Source: Eledone cirrhosa
Lineage: Eukaryota
DNA length: 64,000 nucleotides
Assembly (NCBI GenBank): GCA_964016885.1
Contig: OZ024746.1
Coordinates: forward strand, 89,218,001 to 89,282,000
Reading direction: 5' to 3'
Both the position numbers and the translations under genes were made by a program. The notes below the pieces were generated by a model, which worked only from the letters and a program-made list of their open reading frames with translations, ran no database searches and was not told the DNA's origin. The first letter of the stretch is position 1. Every line of letters starts with the position of its first letter. Of the stretch, positions 1-12,900 are shown one piece after another.

Positions 1-603
1 AAAACATTCAACTGAATTTCTTTCAGTAAAAAATGGATTCCTATTAAAGAATCATGATGTTTTGAGGAGAGAAGCATAATGGGGTGACGATGAGAGAGAG
101 GGAGCAAGAGAAAAAGTAAGAGAGAGAGAGAGAGAGAGGGAGGGAGAAGGCGGGAGGGAGAGAGAAGGAGGGAGATAGAAGGATGAAAGAGTGACTGGGA
201 GCAGATCTGCCAAAATACTCTCACAATAAATATAAGGCGTACAGAAAAAAACCCCCAGAAACATTCAACAACAACAACGTTAACAGCAACAAAAATATCA
301 ACCGCAATAAAACATTCATTTTAGCTTAATTTGAGCAAGTACCGCATAAAAAACAATTTCACCATCACCACGACCAACAAAATCTCCACAAGAGTGTTTA
401 CTTAATTCGCTTATACACGACCAATAACAAGACGAAAGTAACACAATGTGGCTCAAAGCAGCAACTATATCAAATAAACCACTACAAATGAAGGTAAAGC
501 ATTAACATTTTCAGATGATAGTCAACACTATGAGGAAGGTCAAACATCCAATTAGAGATAACTCAAATTTACACAGTCTCGGAAAATATCTAGTATTCTG
601 GCA

Positions 604-661
<58 letters not shown>

Positions 662-840
662 GGGGAGGGGTAAAGAGGGTTTAACAAAGTTAAGCGATGC
701 AGTAGGGTTTATTTCTAGCATTTACATATGTTTCATTGCCTGGTTGCTGTCTTGAAATCGTTATTCTGAATTACCAATCAATCAATCAATCGTTCAATCA
801 ATCAATCAATCAATCAATCAATATATATATATATATATAT

Positions 841-1395
841 AAGAGAGTATTGAAGTTTGCTTGAAGCATTGTGGAATAATAAGTAAATATCTTTAAGTCG
901 TTTGGAAGCCTCGACAATGCAAATGGGTAAATCTCCGGGTAACAAGATCCGGTGGTGGAGAGAGAGATGTAAGTGGGTGTACGTTAAGATGCGTGGTGTG
1001 TATGAGATGTGTAGAAGAATGAAGGAAAGAGTATAAAGGATAAAATAAAAATAACAACACGAGAGAGAGTTACCTTGGGAGAGATTTAATAGTCCCTATA
1101 TATTTCGGATTCACATCCATCAACTGGGGGTTTTCCCCCACCCCGGAAAATACCCCAGTTGATGGATGTGAATCCGAAATATATAGGGACTATTAAATCT
1201 CTCCCAAGGTAACTCTCTCTCGTGTTGTTATTTTTATTTTATCCTTTATACTCTTTCCTTCATTCTTCTACACATCTCATACACACCACGCATCTTAACG
1301 TACACCTACTTACATCTCTCTCTCCACCACCGGATCTTGTTACCCGGAGATTTACCCATTTGCATTGTCGAGGCTTCCAAACGACTTAAAGATAT
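841..1395 (-). mobile_element. (TA)n-flanked fold-back insert: 243-bp inverted arms (887-1129 / 1153-1395) plus a 46-bp unique tail (841-886); probably PLE terminal-repeat derived
   Basis: Arms are reverse complements with one mismatch seen; (TA)n on both sides; HHR-like motif immediately next to the centre. Confidence 0.8.
1153..1188 (+). ncRNA. Minimal type I hammerhead-like motif with a non-canonical core (mirror copy on - strand at about 1094-1129)
   Basis: CCC-CAGTTGA-T-GGAT(GTGA)ATCC-GAAA-TATATA-GGG: 3-bp stem I, 4-bp stem II, GAAA, palindromic stem III; core differs from CUGANGA at two positions. Confidence 0.5.
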
Positions 1396-1532
1396 ATATA
1401 TATATATATTGTATAATGAAAACAAAAGTTACGAGCGAAAGAGGGCAATATCCATCGTCAGTTGTCTGATAGGAATCATAGGTATTTCTTCGTGTTAGAG
1501 ACAAAGATTCCTAAAGATATCAAAATCATTTA

Positions 1533-1574
<42 letters not shown>

Positions 1575-1832
1575 AAAGAATAGAGGTGTAACACACGAGT
1601 TGTGATATATTGGTAAAAGGAAAAGAAAATGCTGACAAATTGTTCCCAGTGAAAAATAGTTTAATTAGGAATAAGTAAAAATTAGTAATAAGTATTGGTT
1701 AGTATTCAGTTTGGGTTTTAAGTTTTTACCGGTTGCGCATTTGTAATGTTTTTCAAAAATAATTTTGAGATAGAGCGCCCGTGATGTTTGCTCTAATCAT
1801 TAGATTATATAAAAACTTAAAACCAAAACTGA

Positions 1833-2795
1833 GCCTTTCCCAGACTCGTCTCGTTCACCGAGCTGCAATCCTGGGTCAAGCAAAGACCGAGAAAACTGGG
1901 CGTCTGGCACACCGAGTGTTCGGTAGGACGTTCAGCCTCGGACCTATGGATAATTTCCAGAGGTCCCGGGCAGTGCTACCGAGGGGCTCTGCCCGTTCGA
2001 GAAAGGCTCTACAGACACGGGCGCCCGGGTAGGGACCCCTCGAAAAAAATCTGTCCCAGATGCGTGTGCGACGAGGAAACCGTTGCACACGCATTGGTAC
2101 ACTGCTCTAGCATTTCCGTCTGTGGGGCTATGTCGAACGACTGCTGTCACGGGTGGGACCGATGCGGTTGACCACCGAGTCTATTGTAACGATGAAGCCG
2201 CTTCCTTTCTTCAAAAACGAAGGAGAGGCGGTGTTTCTGTGCGTAATAGCCATGGCGAAAGAAGTTGTATGGTGGACGCGTCTGAAAGGACTGAGGTCAG
2301 ACATCTTTCTCTCTGGCCAACAACTGGTCCGTTTCTTCCGATATCATTTCGGAAGAAGGATCAGGATGGAGAGAGAGGTGCTGCACCCCAGCCGTTTTTA
2401 TGAAAGATGGGTGAAAGTGGCGAGAATGGCCCGTGTGAATGGGCCTTCACTCTACATCAGACTGTAGGTGAGAAAGATGAAAGATCAAGGGAGCACCCTC
2501 TCTCTGTGCTCCAGAGGAGAAGGGTTGCACACTTTTTTGGGGGTGTGTGTGACCCCCAAGGCGCCTCCTCCCTATTGAGGATTTTGTTATTCAATTTATT
2601 TTTATTATATTTTATATTTTATATTTTTATATTTTGTTATTGCCTCCTCCTTAGTGAGGACGCCTTTTTATGTAAACTCCCCCCATTGTACTTGTCCCAC
2701 TCTTTGATGCCCTGGTGGCAAATACAGTTATCTATCCTATTTATGTTTGTTTCTGCATCGTCCCTCTGTATATCCTAACCTATACACTTCATTTC
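1833..2795 (+). mobile_element. 5'-truncated Tx1/L1-like LINE remnant (ORF2 C-terminus with zf-RVT-type CCHC region, and 3' UTR)
   Basis: Frameshifted translation ALPVRERLYRHG...CPRC...EETVAHALVHC..., then ORF 2153-2467 (KEVVWWTR...FYERW); GC-rich relative to the flanks. Confidence 0.75.
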
Positions 2796-2852
2796 TACTT
2801 TGGCGGGAATATCGTACAGACTATACAGTTTCTATCACTACCTGGGTTTTTA

Positions 2853-2896
<44 letters not shown>

Positions 2897-3811
2897 TTCG
2901 CACGATCATCGAAATTGTTACTTAAATTGAACTGACTGTCAAAGCAAAAGCTCTTGGGACATAACTAATACTTCAATATGAGTATCACATATTGTGATCT
3001 CGAGTAGCAATACCTATACCTTCTGCAATGACATCAACTATACTTCTTGTTCATCAAACGTCAAGTTCAATATTCCATATAATGGTCGTATTTCTACTAT
3101 ATTGTCAGAGGAGATTTTGTACAATTTCCGTGATGTTTGTCACGCTATTGTGTTTTCTGCTTAAAGTGTCCAATTTTCCAGCCTAGATATTACCAAATAA
3201 TAAGATGATAGAAAAAGTGATTGCCTCTTGAATGTCTATCATATTGAATCGTCGCTTCTTCAATGGAATTGTAAATACTAAAAATGTAATTTTCGTTTAG
3301 ATTTTTTGTGGTCTGATAAACAGTATTTGCGAAGAAATACACTATATTTTTCGGTATTTTATTGCTTTTTCTCAAGGTCTTCTTCTCTCTTCAATTATAT
3401 CAAAAGTAGAATGAATAGTGTTAATAACATGTGATATAGCTCATACATTTTAGTAGGACTGTGAGAAAATCGGCCACAAAAGGTATCTTGTGTTTGGTCA
3501 CTTAAGTCGGCATCCGTATGCTTTTATGAAACACAGTGAAAGTCACTTTCGTACAATTAGAACTATTTCGGTGATATTAAAATCCAGGTATATAATTCAT
3601 AATTTTGTCTAAAACATTGCTTCATCTAACTGCAATGATCGATTGCGTATTAATTATTTTCTTTTCTCAAACAATTTTGAACTGTTTCCTTGTAGATTTC
3701 GTAATAGCCCTCTTCAAACAATATTGTTACTCAAACAGCACAATCAATAAATATGTGCTAGTAACTGTAAAGACTGTAACATGTGATTTCCTCTTCCTTG
3801 CATAAAAAAAC

Positions 3812-4070
3812 CCTTTCGGTCACGAATGATCATGGAGGCACAAGTCCGGGCAAGTTTGTTTGTGGAAGACCAGCAGTCGCCGATTTATACCAGTCTCCCC
3901 TCTCCACGCCACTGATGTTGTCCGAGGGAAAGGCCATGGCCGATACAGCTTGGCAACAGTGACACCACAACTCATTCTACAGCTGAGTGAACTAGAGCAT
4001 CATGAAATAAAGTGTCTTGCTCAAGAACAGAACGAAAAGCTTGGTCCAAAAATCGAATTCACAGCCCGAC
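3812..4070 (-). mobile_element. CORE-like SINE remnant
   Basis: Minus strand reads TTGAGCAAGACACTTTATTTCATGATGCTCTAGTTCACTCAGCTGTAGAATG; related segments occur at 14727, 18830 and 29130. Confidence 0.65.
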
Positions 4071-4729
4071 CTTGTTCCTTCCTCGCGTAGAATATACATA
4101 ATTACGTCTTAGATATATTATATTTAGTGTGCTGGCAATCTGGCGATAATAAGTTCTTAAAACATTTGCCTCAATTTTAAAATCTGAAGTTTCATGTCTC
4201 TTGGTGTGAGGAAATGATAAACAGAAATCACTGCTAGAAAGACGTGTCTTAATGTAATCTTTTATTCTTGAACTGTTTCTCATTTCAGTTATGCGCTGAA
4301 TGGGCATTGTTGATTTCAGAAAGCTCTGCGTGATAGATTTCTTGCGGAGATGAATTCTATGAAATATTTTATATTATGATCTTGTAATTAATGAACTATC
4401 TCGGCATGAATTTAATCATCAGACAGCAAACTTTTCGTTTACAATCGTTGTTAAATGCTGCTCCAATTGTAGAAGCCCTCCATTTATCATTCCTTTCACC
4501 AAATATCACGAGTTTAATGTATTTTGGAGGTAGCGACTAAGCTTCTATCCGAAACATAATTGCTCAGTTTAAGATATGTATACCTTATAATATCAATGAT
4601 TTAATAGTGTCAATATTTCATTGTAGAATTACATATTGCAATAAAGTAACAATCTCTAAAACCAGTATAACATGATGATGCAGCGTTTAAGAAATATTGA
4701 AATACTGTTGACGGAAATATTATTACTTA

Positions 4730-4830
4730 TGAGGTTAACTTTGCCTTTCATCCTTACGGGGTCGATAAAATAAAGTACCAGTAATACACTGGGTAATTGC
4801 AGGCCTTGTGCCTAACGTAGAAACAATTGT
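4730..4830 (+). mobile_element. tRNA-derived SINE, 3' half (Nin/Deu-like domain family, short subfamily)
   Basis: GAGGTTAACTTTGCCTTTCATCCTTACGGGGTCGATAAAATAAAGTACCAG...GTAGAAACAATT, shared with more than 12 copies in the window. Confidence 0.85.
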
Positions 4831-6314
4831 TACTTATGAGTTCATTCGAGGATTTTTCGATGGTTTCTACTAGTGTAGTCAGTTCCGAATTGTCATCTAG
4901 TTTCTTGGTGGGTTGTGGATAACGTTTGGGTGTGGAAAATTGGTGGGAAATGATGTATGATGTTATATGTGTGGGAGTGCACTGAATGTAGTTGCATCTG
5001 ATCTCAAGTTGTCATTGATTGTACAGGAAGACTTTGTGTATGGGAAACTGAACCCGGGGACAGCACAACTTGTATGGATTGGATAGAACTTCGAAACACA
5101 TACGGCGAGGGTAAGATCAGACGTGAAGACACTTAACAGACATGAAGGCCCCCCCGCCTCCAAAAAATCCCCCCCAAAACTAACAAAACAGTTGGAATAT
5201 TTAGGTGGGCATTTTAGTAGGAGATTCTCTTGTCAGTTATCGTCGAAAAACTTGCTTTACAAATTGCCTTCAGATTTCGCGAGAACGAGAACCCATTGTT
5301 GTGTGATAAGAATGTAATTCTCCAGTATTTCTATCTGGCTATAAGAGTTAGGGGAAAAAAACATCTATTGGAAATACATACATCTGAAGTAAAACAATAA
5401 ATGTATGTGAAACATCTCATATATTCTGTATTTCTGTATTAACAATGCTAAAATATTTGGAAAAATAATTGACGCTTGTATAAATTTAACACCTTATCTG
5501 TTGAAGTATTAACTGTTCAATATTTACATATTTGCAACGCTGTAAGTTGTACCGAAACGACAAGTTACATAAAATTGGATAACATTCACATTAGTATAAT
5601 CAAAATGCATGACATCTTATATTAATGTTTTTTTTCTTTTTACTGTTCAGTATTGCGCTTGCAACTTACAGTTTTTATTACACCACACAGAGTTAACATA
5701 AACTAATTTAAATGTGACAGAACATATGAGAAATCTAGAATACTGGTGCCTTTACCGGAATAAATTGACAATTTCTTTTATGGGAAAGATAGCATTTGAG
5801 ATATTTAGGTTGATTAGATTAACACACTCGTATAGTAGCAACTACCATATAAGACGCTTTGTTTTTTTACTTTGTTAAAACCTCCTTCTAATACACATAA
5901 ATATATCAGGTCTAATCGAATCGGTTGAGTCATATAAATATCAGCGTAAAAGAAACTGTGTATAATAATAAGTTTTCACTTATTTTACTGAGGTGTTCAA
6001 ATTCATAGCAATCTTCAGCAAACACAGAGACATACATACACACACTCACACACATATATATATATATACACATATATATACATATACATATATTTATACA
6101 TATATATACATATAGACATATACATACATATACATATATTTATACATATATATACATATACACATATACATACATATACATATATTTATACATATATATA
6201 CATATATTCAATCGAGAGCCTTTTCACTCCTACCGGAGTAACCCCCTCCCCGATTGACTTACTCCATTTTTTTATTTTTTATTTTGGTCATATATATATA
6301 TATATATATATATA

Positions 6315-7359
6315 GTATTAAGGGTACTATTTATGGTTATGTATGCAATAAAACCTTTAATGGTAATATATTATATATACAAACCCTAAATAGTGAAAGA
6401 TAGTAATTAATTATTATCCTATTACCAGTAAGATAAATAGCTCAATGTAATAACATCAGTTGTTTTACAGAGCAGTTATATAGAGATTACAATAATCAAA
6501 GTTCAGTTTAAGTCATTTATTTGCTTACAATTGTTTCCTCCAAACCGAGGTTTGGATTCTTCGGAGCAACTATTTACTGATCTATAACATACTTGACCTC
6601 CTTTTCAACCCAAGAGACACATAAAACATATGCGCATATTAATCAACAGTGGGGTGACATTCATCAAATGATATAGCATGGCAATTTACATATAAAGGTT
6701 GCAGGATAAAAATAAAAACAAGAATGAAAATAAAGATAAACATGAAGCGTTGGCAGTCTATGAAGATAAAGCAAGAGGAAAGTTTAGAGTAGTCAGTGTA
6801 TGAAACAATCTCACGTGTAGCATGCACGCGTGTCTTATTTATACATGATTAGAGTGCGTCAGAATGATATTTGCAGGGTCAGGCAGTTGAAGCAGGCAAT
6901 CGATCTTATTATGTGGGTTGAATTATTAAGTCATTTATTCTCATACATCTACGATACAATAAGGTTTATAGTATGTTGAAAGTTTTTGATATTTTGGTGT
7001 TCCCCTGCATCCGAGACTGTATATCATACACATGTATGAGAATAAATGACTTAATAATTCAACCTCTTGCTTTATCTTCATAGACTGCCAACGCTTCATG
7101 TTTATCTTTATTTTCATTCTTGTTTTTATTTTTATCCTGCAACCTTTATATGTAAATTGCCATGCTATATCATTTGATGAATGTCACCCCACTGTTGATC
7201 AATACGCGCATATGTTTTATGTGTCTCTTGGGTTGAAAAGGAGGTCAAGTATGTTATAGATCAGTAAATAGTTGCTCCGAAGAATCCAAACCTCGGTTTG
7301 GAGGAAACAATTGTAAGCAAATAAATGACTTAAACTGAACTTTGATTATTGTAATCTCT
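6315..7359 (-). mobile_element. Microsatellite-flanked fold-back insert: 297-bp arms (6482-6778 / 7063-7359), inner 33-bp arms (6916-6948 / 7032-7064) and a 167-bp unique tail
   Basis: Direct reverse-complement match with two mismatches seen; the right arm lacks 6779-6915; (TA)n on the left, (CT)n(TA)n on the right. Confidence 0.8.
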
Positions 7360-7370
7360 CTCTCTATATA

Positions 7371-7486
<116 letters not shown>

Positions 7487-7489
7487 TGT

Positions 7490-7688
7490 ATATAAATAAA
7501 TTACTTCTACATGACTAGATCTGTTTCATTTATATGAAATCATCAGTCCTGATGATTTCATACAAATGAAACAGATCTATCCCTTTAGAAGTCATTTCTA
7601 TATGTAATAAAGATGCATATACTCTACCAATGTTTTGAGTACCTTTTTAACTGTGGTTATTCCCCCTACCCATGACACAACTTGGAAA
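7490..7688 (+). mobile_element. Short fold-back insert centred on a hammerhead core (back-to-back CTGATGA), with a tail of about 80 bp
   Basis: ...AGATCTGTTTCATTTATATGAAATCATCAG-TC-CTGATGATTTCATACAAATGAAACAGATCT...; CTGATGA at 7549-7555, GAAAC at 7568-7572, palindromic AGATCT; microsatellites on both sides. Confidence 0.7.
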
Positions 7689-7698
7689 TCTCTCTCTG

Positions 7699-7739
<41 letters not shown>

Positions 7740-8915
7740 TTCACTATCTCATATATATATATATTTATATATATATATATGTGTGTGTGTGTGTTAGTCT
7801 AATGTATTCAATATTGGCTGGATTAACTATTAGTTCATATTATTTCGTTGATCATGGTAATATTGATTGTCATATTTGTTTGAAATAAGTATACCATGAC
7901 CAGGTTTGTCTTTTGAATTATATTAGTGCTATTTGATCATTGTGTTTCACCGGAGGCAAAATTTGTCAATCCATACTCCTGTATATTTTATTTTATCGTG
8001 TTCCATCGTTGTGAAAGCTACAACTTTTCATTTGCAACCTATTTGGAATCGAAGGCAGGAAGAGAGTATCGCATACACAGGTAATATCATTGTGGTAGTG
8101 CCAGACACTGCCAAAATCAACATGGAAGCAATAGATGGAGTTACAGGAGCTCGATTAAACAGCATCTAAAGAGGTAATTCCACACGGCCCAATGCCTTTG
8201 GGCTTCTTTCCAGTCAGATATTTAGATATATAAGGAACGAAGATGAAATGTGACTAATATCTCCCAGAAATGAGCCGAAAGAAAGCTATTCCTGAAACGA
8301 AAAGCAGAGCTTGCAACCATATACATCGCTGCCCACATATTTACAATCAGCTGATCATCATGCCTTGTACCAGGCTTTGTCTGGTTGAATTATAGCATCC
8401 AATCGTTCGTTTGTTGTTGAAACTAAGCGGTCCTTTGACCAGAAGAGTGCTCAATAAGTTGCAGCTTATAGTGGTAGATAGTTAAAATCCTCAAAGTTCA
8501 TTACTGAGAAATTATTGTCCTTACAAAGACCACTCAAATAAAACGACTTCAATTCGTGTGAAAAATCGGATATTCTATGATTGATAATAATTTGCTCAAG
8601 GCTGTTTCTTCTCCCTCTATCTGTATGTTCTTGCACAAACAAAATAATAATATCCTATTTTATTTTCTACACATTCCGTGGGGATGATTAGTCTATCTTG
8701 CATCAGTTGAGTATCTAATACCTTGCGTATCTTTTATTAAATGCCAGACATTTTAATGTATTGTGACGTGACCAGCCCAGGGAATCCAGTAAGTATACAG
8801 ACGATGGTCATATAAACTAGCTCTCATCTTCACTTGACCTTTTGTCGTATGATATCAAATTAGAATTATCCAGTTGGTCTTAAGACGCTGTTGCCTAACC
8901 TTCAGATTCCACTGT

Positions 8916-9107
8916 CAGCAAAGATAATATGAACCGAATGTTACTCTCGATACGATATATTAAATCATTTTTCAAACTTCAGCAAAGATAATATGAACCA
9001 AATGTTTCTCTCGATACGATATATTAAATCATTTTTCAAATTGCAACAAAGATAATATGAACCGAATGTTTCTCTCGATACGATATATTAAATCATTTTT
9101 CAAATTT
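8916..9107. repeat. Tandem repeat, 3 x 64 bp
   Basis: Unit CAGCAAAGATAATATGAACCGAATG...TTTTCAAACTT starts at 8916, 8980 and 9044 with few substitutions and no spacers. Confidence 0.95.
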
Positions 9108-10282
9108 CCCATAGATGTGTTCCTGGTTCCATGATGTGTCATATTCTTCACTGCTCTCCATTTTTGTTTTATTTCCTTAACTTCTATAGTCGTATTTTCT
9201 TTTCTTTAGTGTATGCTCGCTTGGTGTTGAGGGAATTAATATGTTTGTGTGGAGTGATAGGTTATTGTTCATATATCTTGGCTATATTATTTATTTTCTT
9301 TGTTTTCACACTTGATTTGTACATTGTTTTAGGTTTTCAATTTTCTTTCTTTATTTGACGCCTTCTGTTCTGTGTATAACACACACTCTGCTGTATATTA
9401 TGTTTTAGGCCTTATATCAAATTCATTCATTTGCTTTGTAAATTATTTCTAATGCTTGGTTACAATGTTTGATTAGAGATCATTTTTTCTATTTCTTATA
9501 TTTGGCAGGTTTGTAGTCTGTGGCCAATTTGTGTAAGTTTTATCTCTTCAAACGTTTGTTTGATATAGTGATATAGTCTATTATATTTTCTGAGTCACTG
9601 CACTCATTTATTTGTGTTGGCGCTAACAGTTCTACGCTTAGAGTGTCTGTTTCTTGTTTACTCTTACTTCGTCTCTTTTGTGTTGTAGAATGTGCTGTGT
9701 TGCTTTGACAGTCTTGTCTGCCATGGTTCGTGTTTGTATTGTGTTCTGTTCTAATGTGAACTCTGCTAAGGTATCTAGCTTGATGTTTCTCTAGATTCTT
9801 GTGTTTCCAGTATAAAATATCTCTTCATAGGTTTGAAAATTTCTAGTGAAAACTCGGATTTATAGTTCACAATTAGGGATGTAAAATTGAGATGATATAC
9901 TATAACAGTTCTGCTTCTTTGTGAGACGTCTGCTCTTTCTGGTGTTTTAGACTTTCGTAACATTTTTCATTGTGTGTTGTTACTTTCAAGTTACTATATG
10001 CAGTTCATATTCACAATTCGGTTGTTATGTTTGTATATCAGAAGGTAATTGAATAGTCTATGTGATTTGTTGATTGAGTAATATTGGATACCAATTATAT
10101 AGAATGCGATGTATTATAAGGTAAGCGTGTTGAGTATGTGTTGCACAGTATGTTGACTATGTGTTATACGTGTTACGTAATAGTGGTTTATGGGATTACT
10201 CATAGTGGGTATTGTGTGAGGTGTATTAGACACTGGCTTGTAAATTACTAGCATTTATGTTCTATGGAGAAATTAATGTTTG

Positions 10283-10800
10283 ATCTATGTTATTCAACAA
10301 AGAAGAATCTGTATTTGGACTCTATTTGATTTAAAAAAACCTGCAGCACCCAACAGAGACATATATTTCAGCTTAAACTTGAAGAGGCAAGTCCTTCCTC
10401 CCAATGGGATCTTCTGGTTAATAACATATTCTGACAGCTGTGAATTTGTGAATATTCCTACTCCCAGCTGTTCAGTCATTTCTGTCTCCACATCTCAATA
10501 GTGGTGTTTCCATCCACACTCTAAACGTAGAATACGAGAGCCATGGAAGTTTATTGAGGGAACCCCCACTTTATCCAGCTGGTAACATCTAGTTTCCTGC
10601 ACTAGTACCTGCTTCTCGCCTGTAAGGGTTGTAACGTTTCAGTTACCAGTTATCAAGGTTTACTTCCTTCCAGATGATCTTTGGGGTCTCGGGACACGTA
10701 ATCTTGTGCTTCCATCCCACACCTCCAAGGACAGGTGGCAGACCCATTGTCTGTCCTTGCAGTATTGGATGAAGACTGCATTATATGTTTCGAAAACCAC
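10283..10800 (-). mobile_element. RTE-clade LINE, N-terminal part of the APE endonuclease, inverted relative to the rest of the element
   Basis: Minus-strand translation LITGN*NVTTLTGEKQVLVQETRCYQLDKVGV...LECGWKHHY*DVETEMTEQLGVGIFTN resembles the GTWNV...GW..YSG...GVG start of RTE (Expander/Rex3-like) endonucleases. Confidence 0.75.
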
Positions 10801-10919
10801 AACCTGTCTCCCTTTATCCTTAGCGCTAGACGGTATTAGTGCCTTTATTATTTCTCGCCATATTGCAGGGATTTGATGGGTTTATTTGCGCCAGTCACGA
10901 ATTTGATACTTTTCCCAGA

Positions 10920-12900
10920 ACAACATTAGACGTTAAGACTGAGTCATACATCCTAATGAGAGACTTTAATACACATATCGGCACTGACCACCAGACATGG
11001 AAATGAGTAATGGGAAGGTTACCGATTTAAATATAAATAAGGAGGCCTTATTAGACTTCTGTTCTAGTAATAGGCTCTCTATTAGGAACATCATCTTCCA
11101 GCACAAAACATATCTATAAATACACATTGTATAAAGGAAGTCGCGGATAGAGATAATTAATTCATTATGTTATTGTTTCTGTTCTCTTCGATTCTCTGTT
11201 GGATGTTCCTGTAAAGAGAGGGGCTGAGCTATCAACTGATTATCATTTAGTTATCAGCAACCTGAGACTACTTAAAACCAAGAAAGCCCACAAAACTGGC
11301 CGATCGCGCTCAACCTACAAAATAATAACGAGTGAACTGCTAATAGAAAAGGAAGTCAGGAACAGGTATCCGGATACTATTGTATCCAAATTCAGAAAAC
11401 TCTTCTAGCAAATTGAGGATGTTGAAGCGGAGTGGAGACTGGTCAGCACCGCTGTTGCTGCGTAGGCTGTTAAGTGCTGCGGATGAACGCAGCTTAGTGC
11501 GGTGCAGTGTGGTATAAAAACCTCTTGGTTCAACCTAGTGGTCAAAGATGCCATCCGAGCAAGGAATATTCTTGGCTTGAAAATAAGTTCTCCTTGTATT
11601 TGTGGTACAAGCAGGCGCGAAAGGTCGCAGCTGAGACAGTAAAAGCGTCCAAAGGTAAGATATGTGAAGACTCTTTGGTTAAGCTGGTATCAGGCTTCAG
11701 ACCAGCAAATAAAGTGTTCTGCCAGATCATCCATGAAATTCGTAATAGGAAATCCGCCCCCGTACCTGCTATCAGAAATGCGCCTGGATTTCTCTCTCCA
11801 GAGAGGTGCATCCTCGAAGGATAGAGATAATACTTTGCTGATCTTTTAAATAGCATCTTCTGATGTGGCTAACCTCTCGGAGCCTGAGGTCACAAGAGCA
11901 ATTAAAGAACTATATATGAAAAGCCCCCAGGGAGGATGCAAGTTGACTTAAGTTGTTCATAGACTTAAATAGAGAAGAAACCACTGGATGACTCGTGTGT
12001 GGCGAGTGGACTGGATCTCTGGAAATGCGCCCAAGCAATGGCATTCACGAGTGATGATACCAATTTTTAAAACGGGAGACAAGAGAGATTGTTCAAATTA
12101 TAGCTGAATACCTTTGTTAAGCATCCCCAGTAACGTCTGTGATAAGTGTCTGTCAAAAAGGAGTAAGAATATTGTGGAGTCCAAGCTAACCTAAGAAGAG
12201 TGTGGTTTTCGCCCCGGATGCAGCACAGCCGACCATATATTCACACCGCGGCATTTCTTTGAGAAATCGCGGGTGTATTGCCAAAAGATGTATGGTTGTT
12301 TTGTAGACATCGAGATGGCATATGACTGCGCATCATGTGATCTGTTGTGTAAATATCTGCAAGAGTATGGGATCAATGGAAAGCTTCTTCTTGCCCAGAT
12401 GTCTCGATGTAAATGTCCTAGTTTGTGTGTTCGGTTAAATGAACATCTCGGACTACGCCAAACGTGTCACTTCAGTTTATAATCTTTATGGATAGGATTG
12501 ACACACAGAGCCGGGCTGGAAGTAGTATCAAGCCTGATGAGTGTATGATCATTTGGCTGGCATTTGAAGACGAAATGGTACTTCTTAACTCCTGCATTCT
12601 TCATATGAGCTGAGTTCCACTGAATCAAAAGGTGAAGTTTTCATGAGTGATAGAAAGCTGGAGGCTAAATTAAGTGCAATAATTGCAGGGGCTGCTGCTG
12701 TAAAGTAGTTCTGAAAGCCAAACTCGCTACCTTCAATTTGGTATTCTTGAGTTATGTCCGAAAGGATACGATCGCGAATACAAGCGACTGAAATTGGATC
12801 AATCCGAGGGGATTTAAGGAGTACTTTACTCAATAAACTGCATTATGCAAGAAATCAGGGACTCTTTCTAAACCAGATCACCGCCCCAATACTACGGGCA
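10920..12900 (+). mobile_element. Degenerate RTE-clade LINE (rest of the endonuclease plus reverse transcriptase), many stops and frameshifts
   Basis: ILMRDFNTHIG, LLDFCSSN, DVPVKRGAELSTDYHLV, KTGDKRDCSNY, EECGFRPGCSTADHIF, CFVDIEMAYD motifs in the expected order. Confidence 0.88.

Noticed and set aside
8916-9107. Possible CRISPR array
   Set aside because: Contiguous 64-bp units with no unique spacers, eukaryotic context and no cas genes
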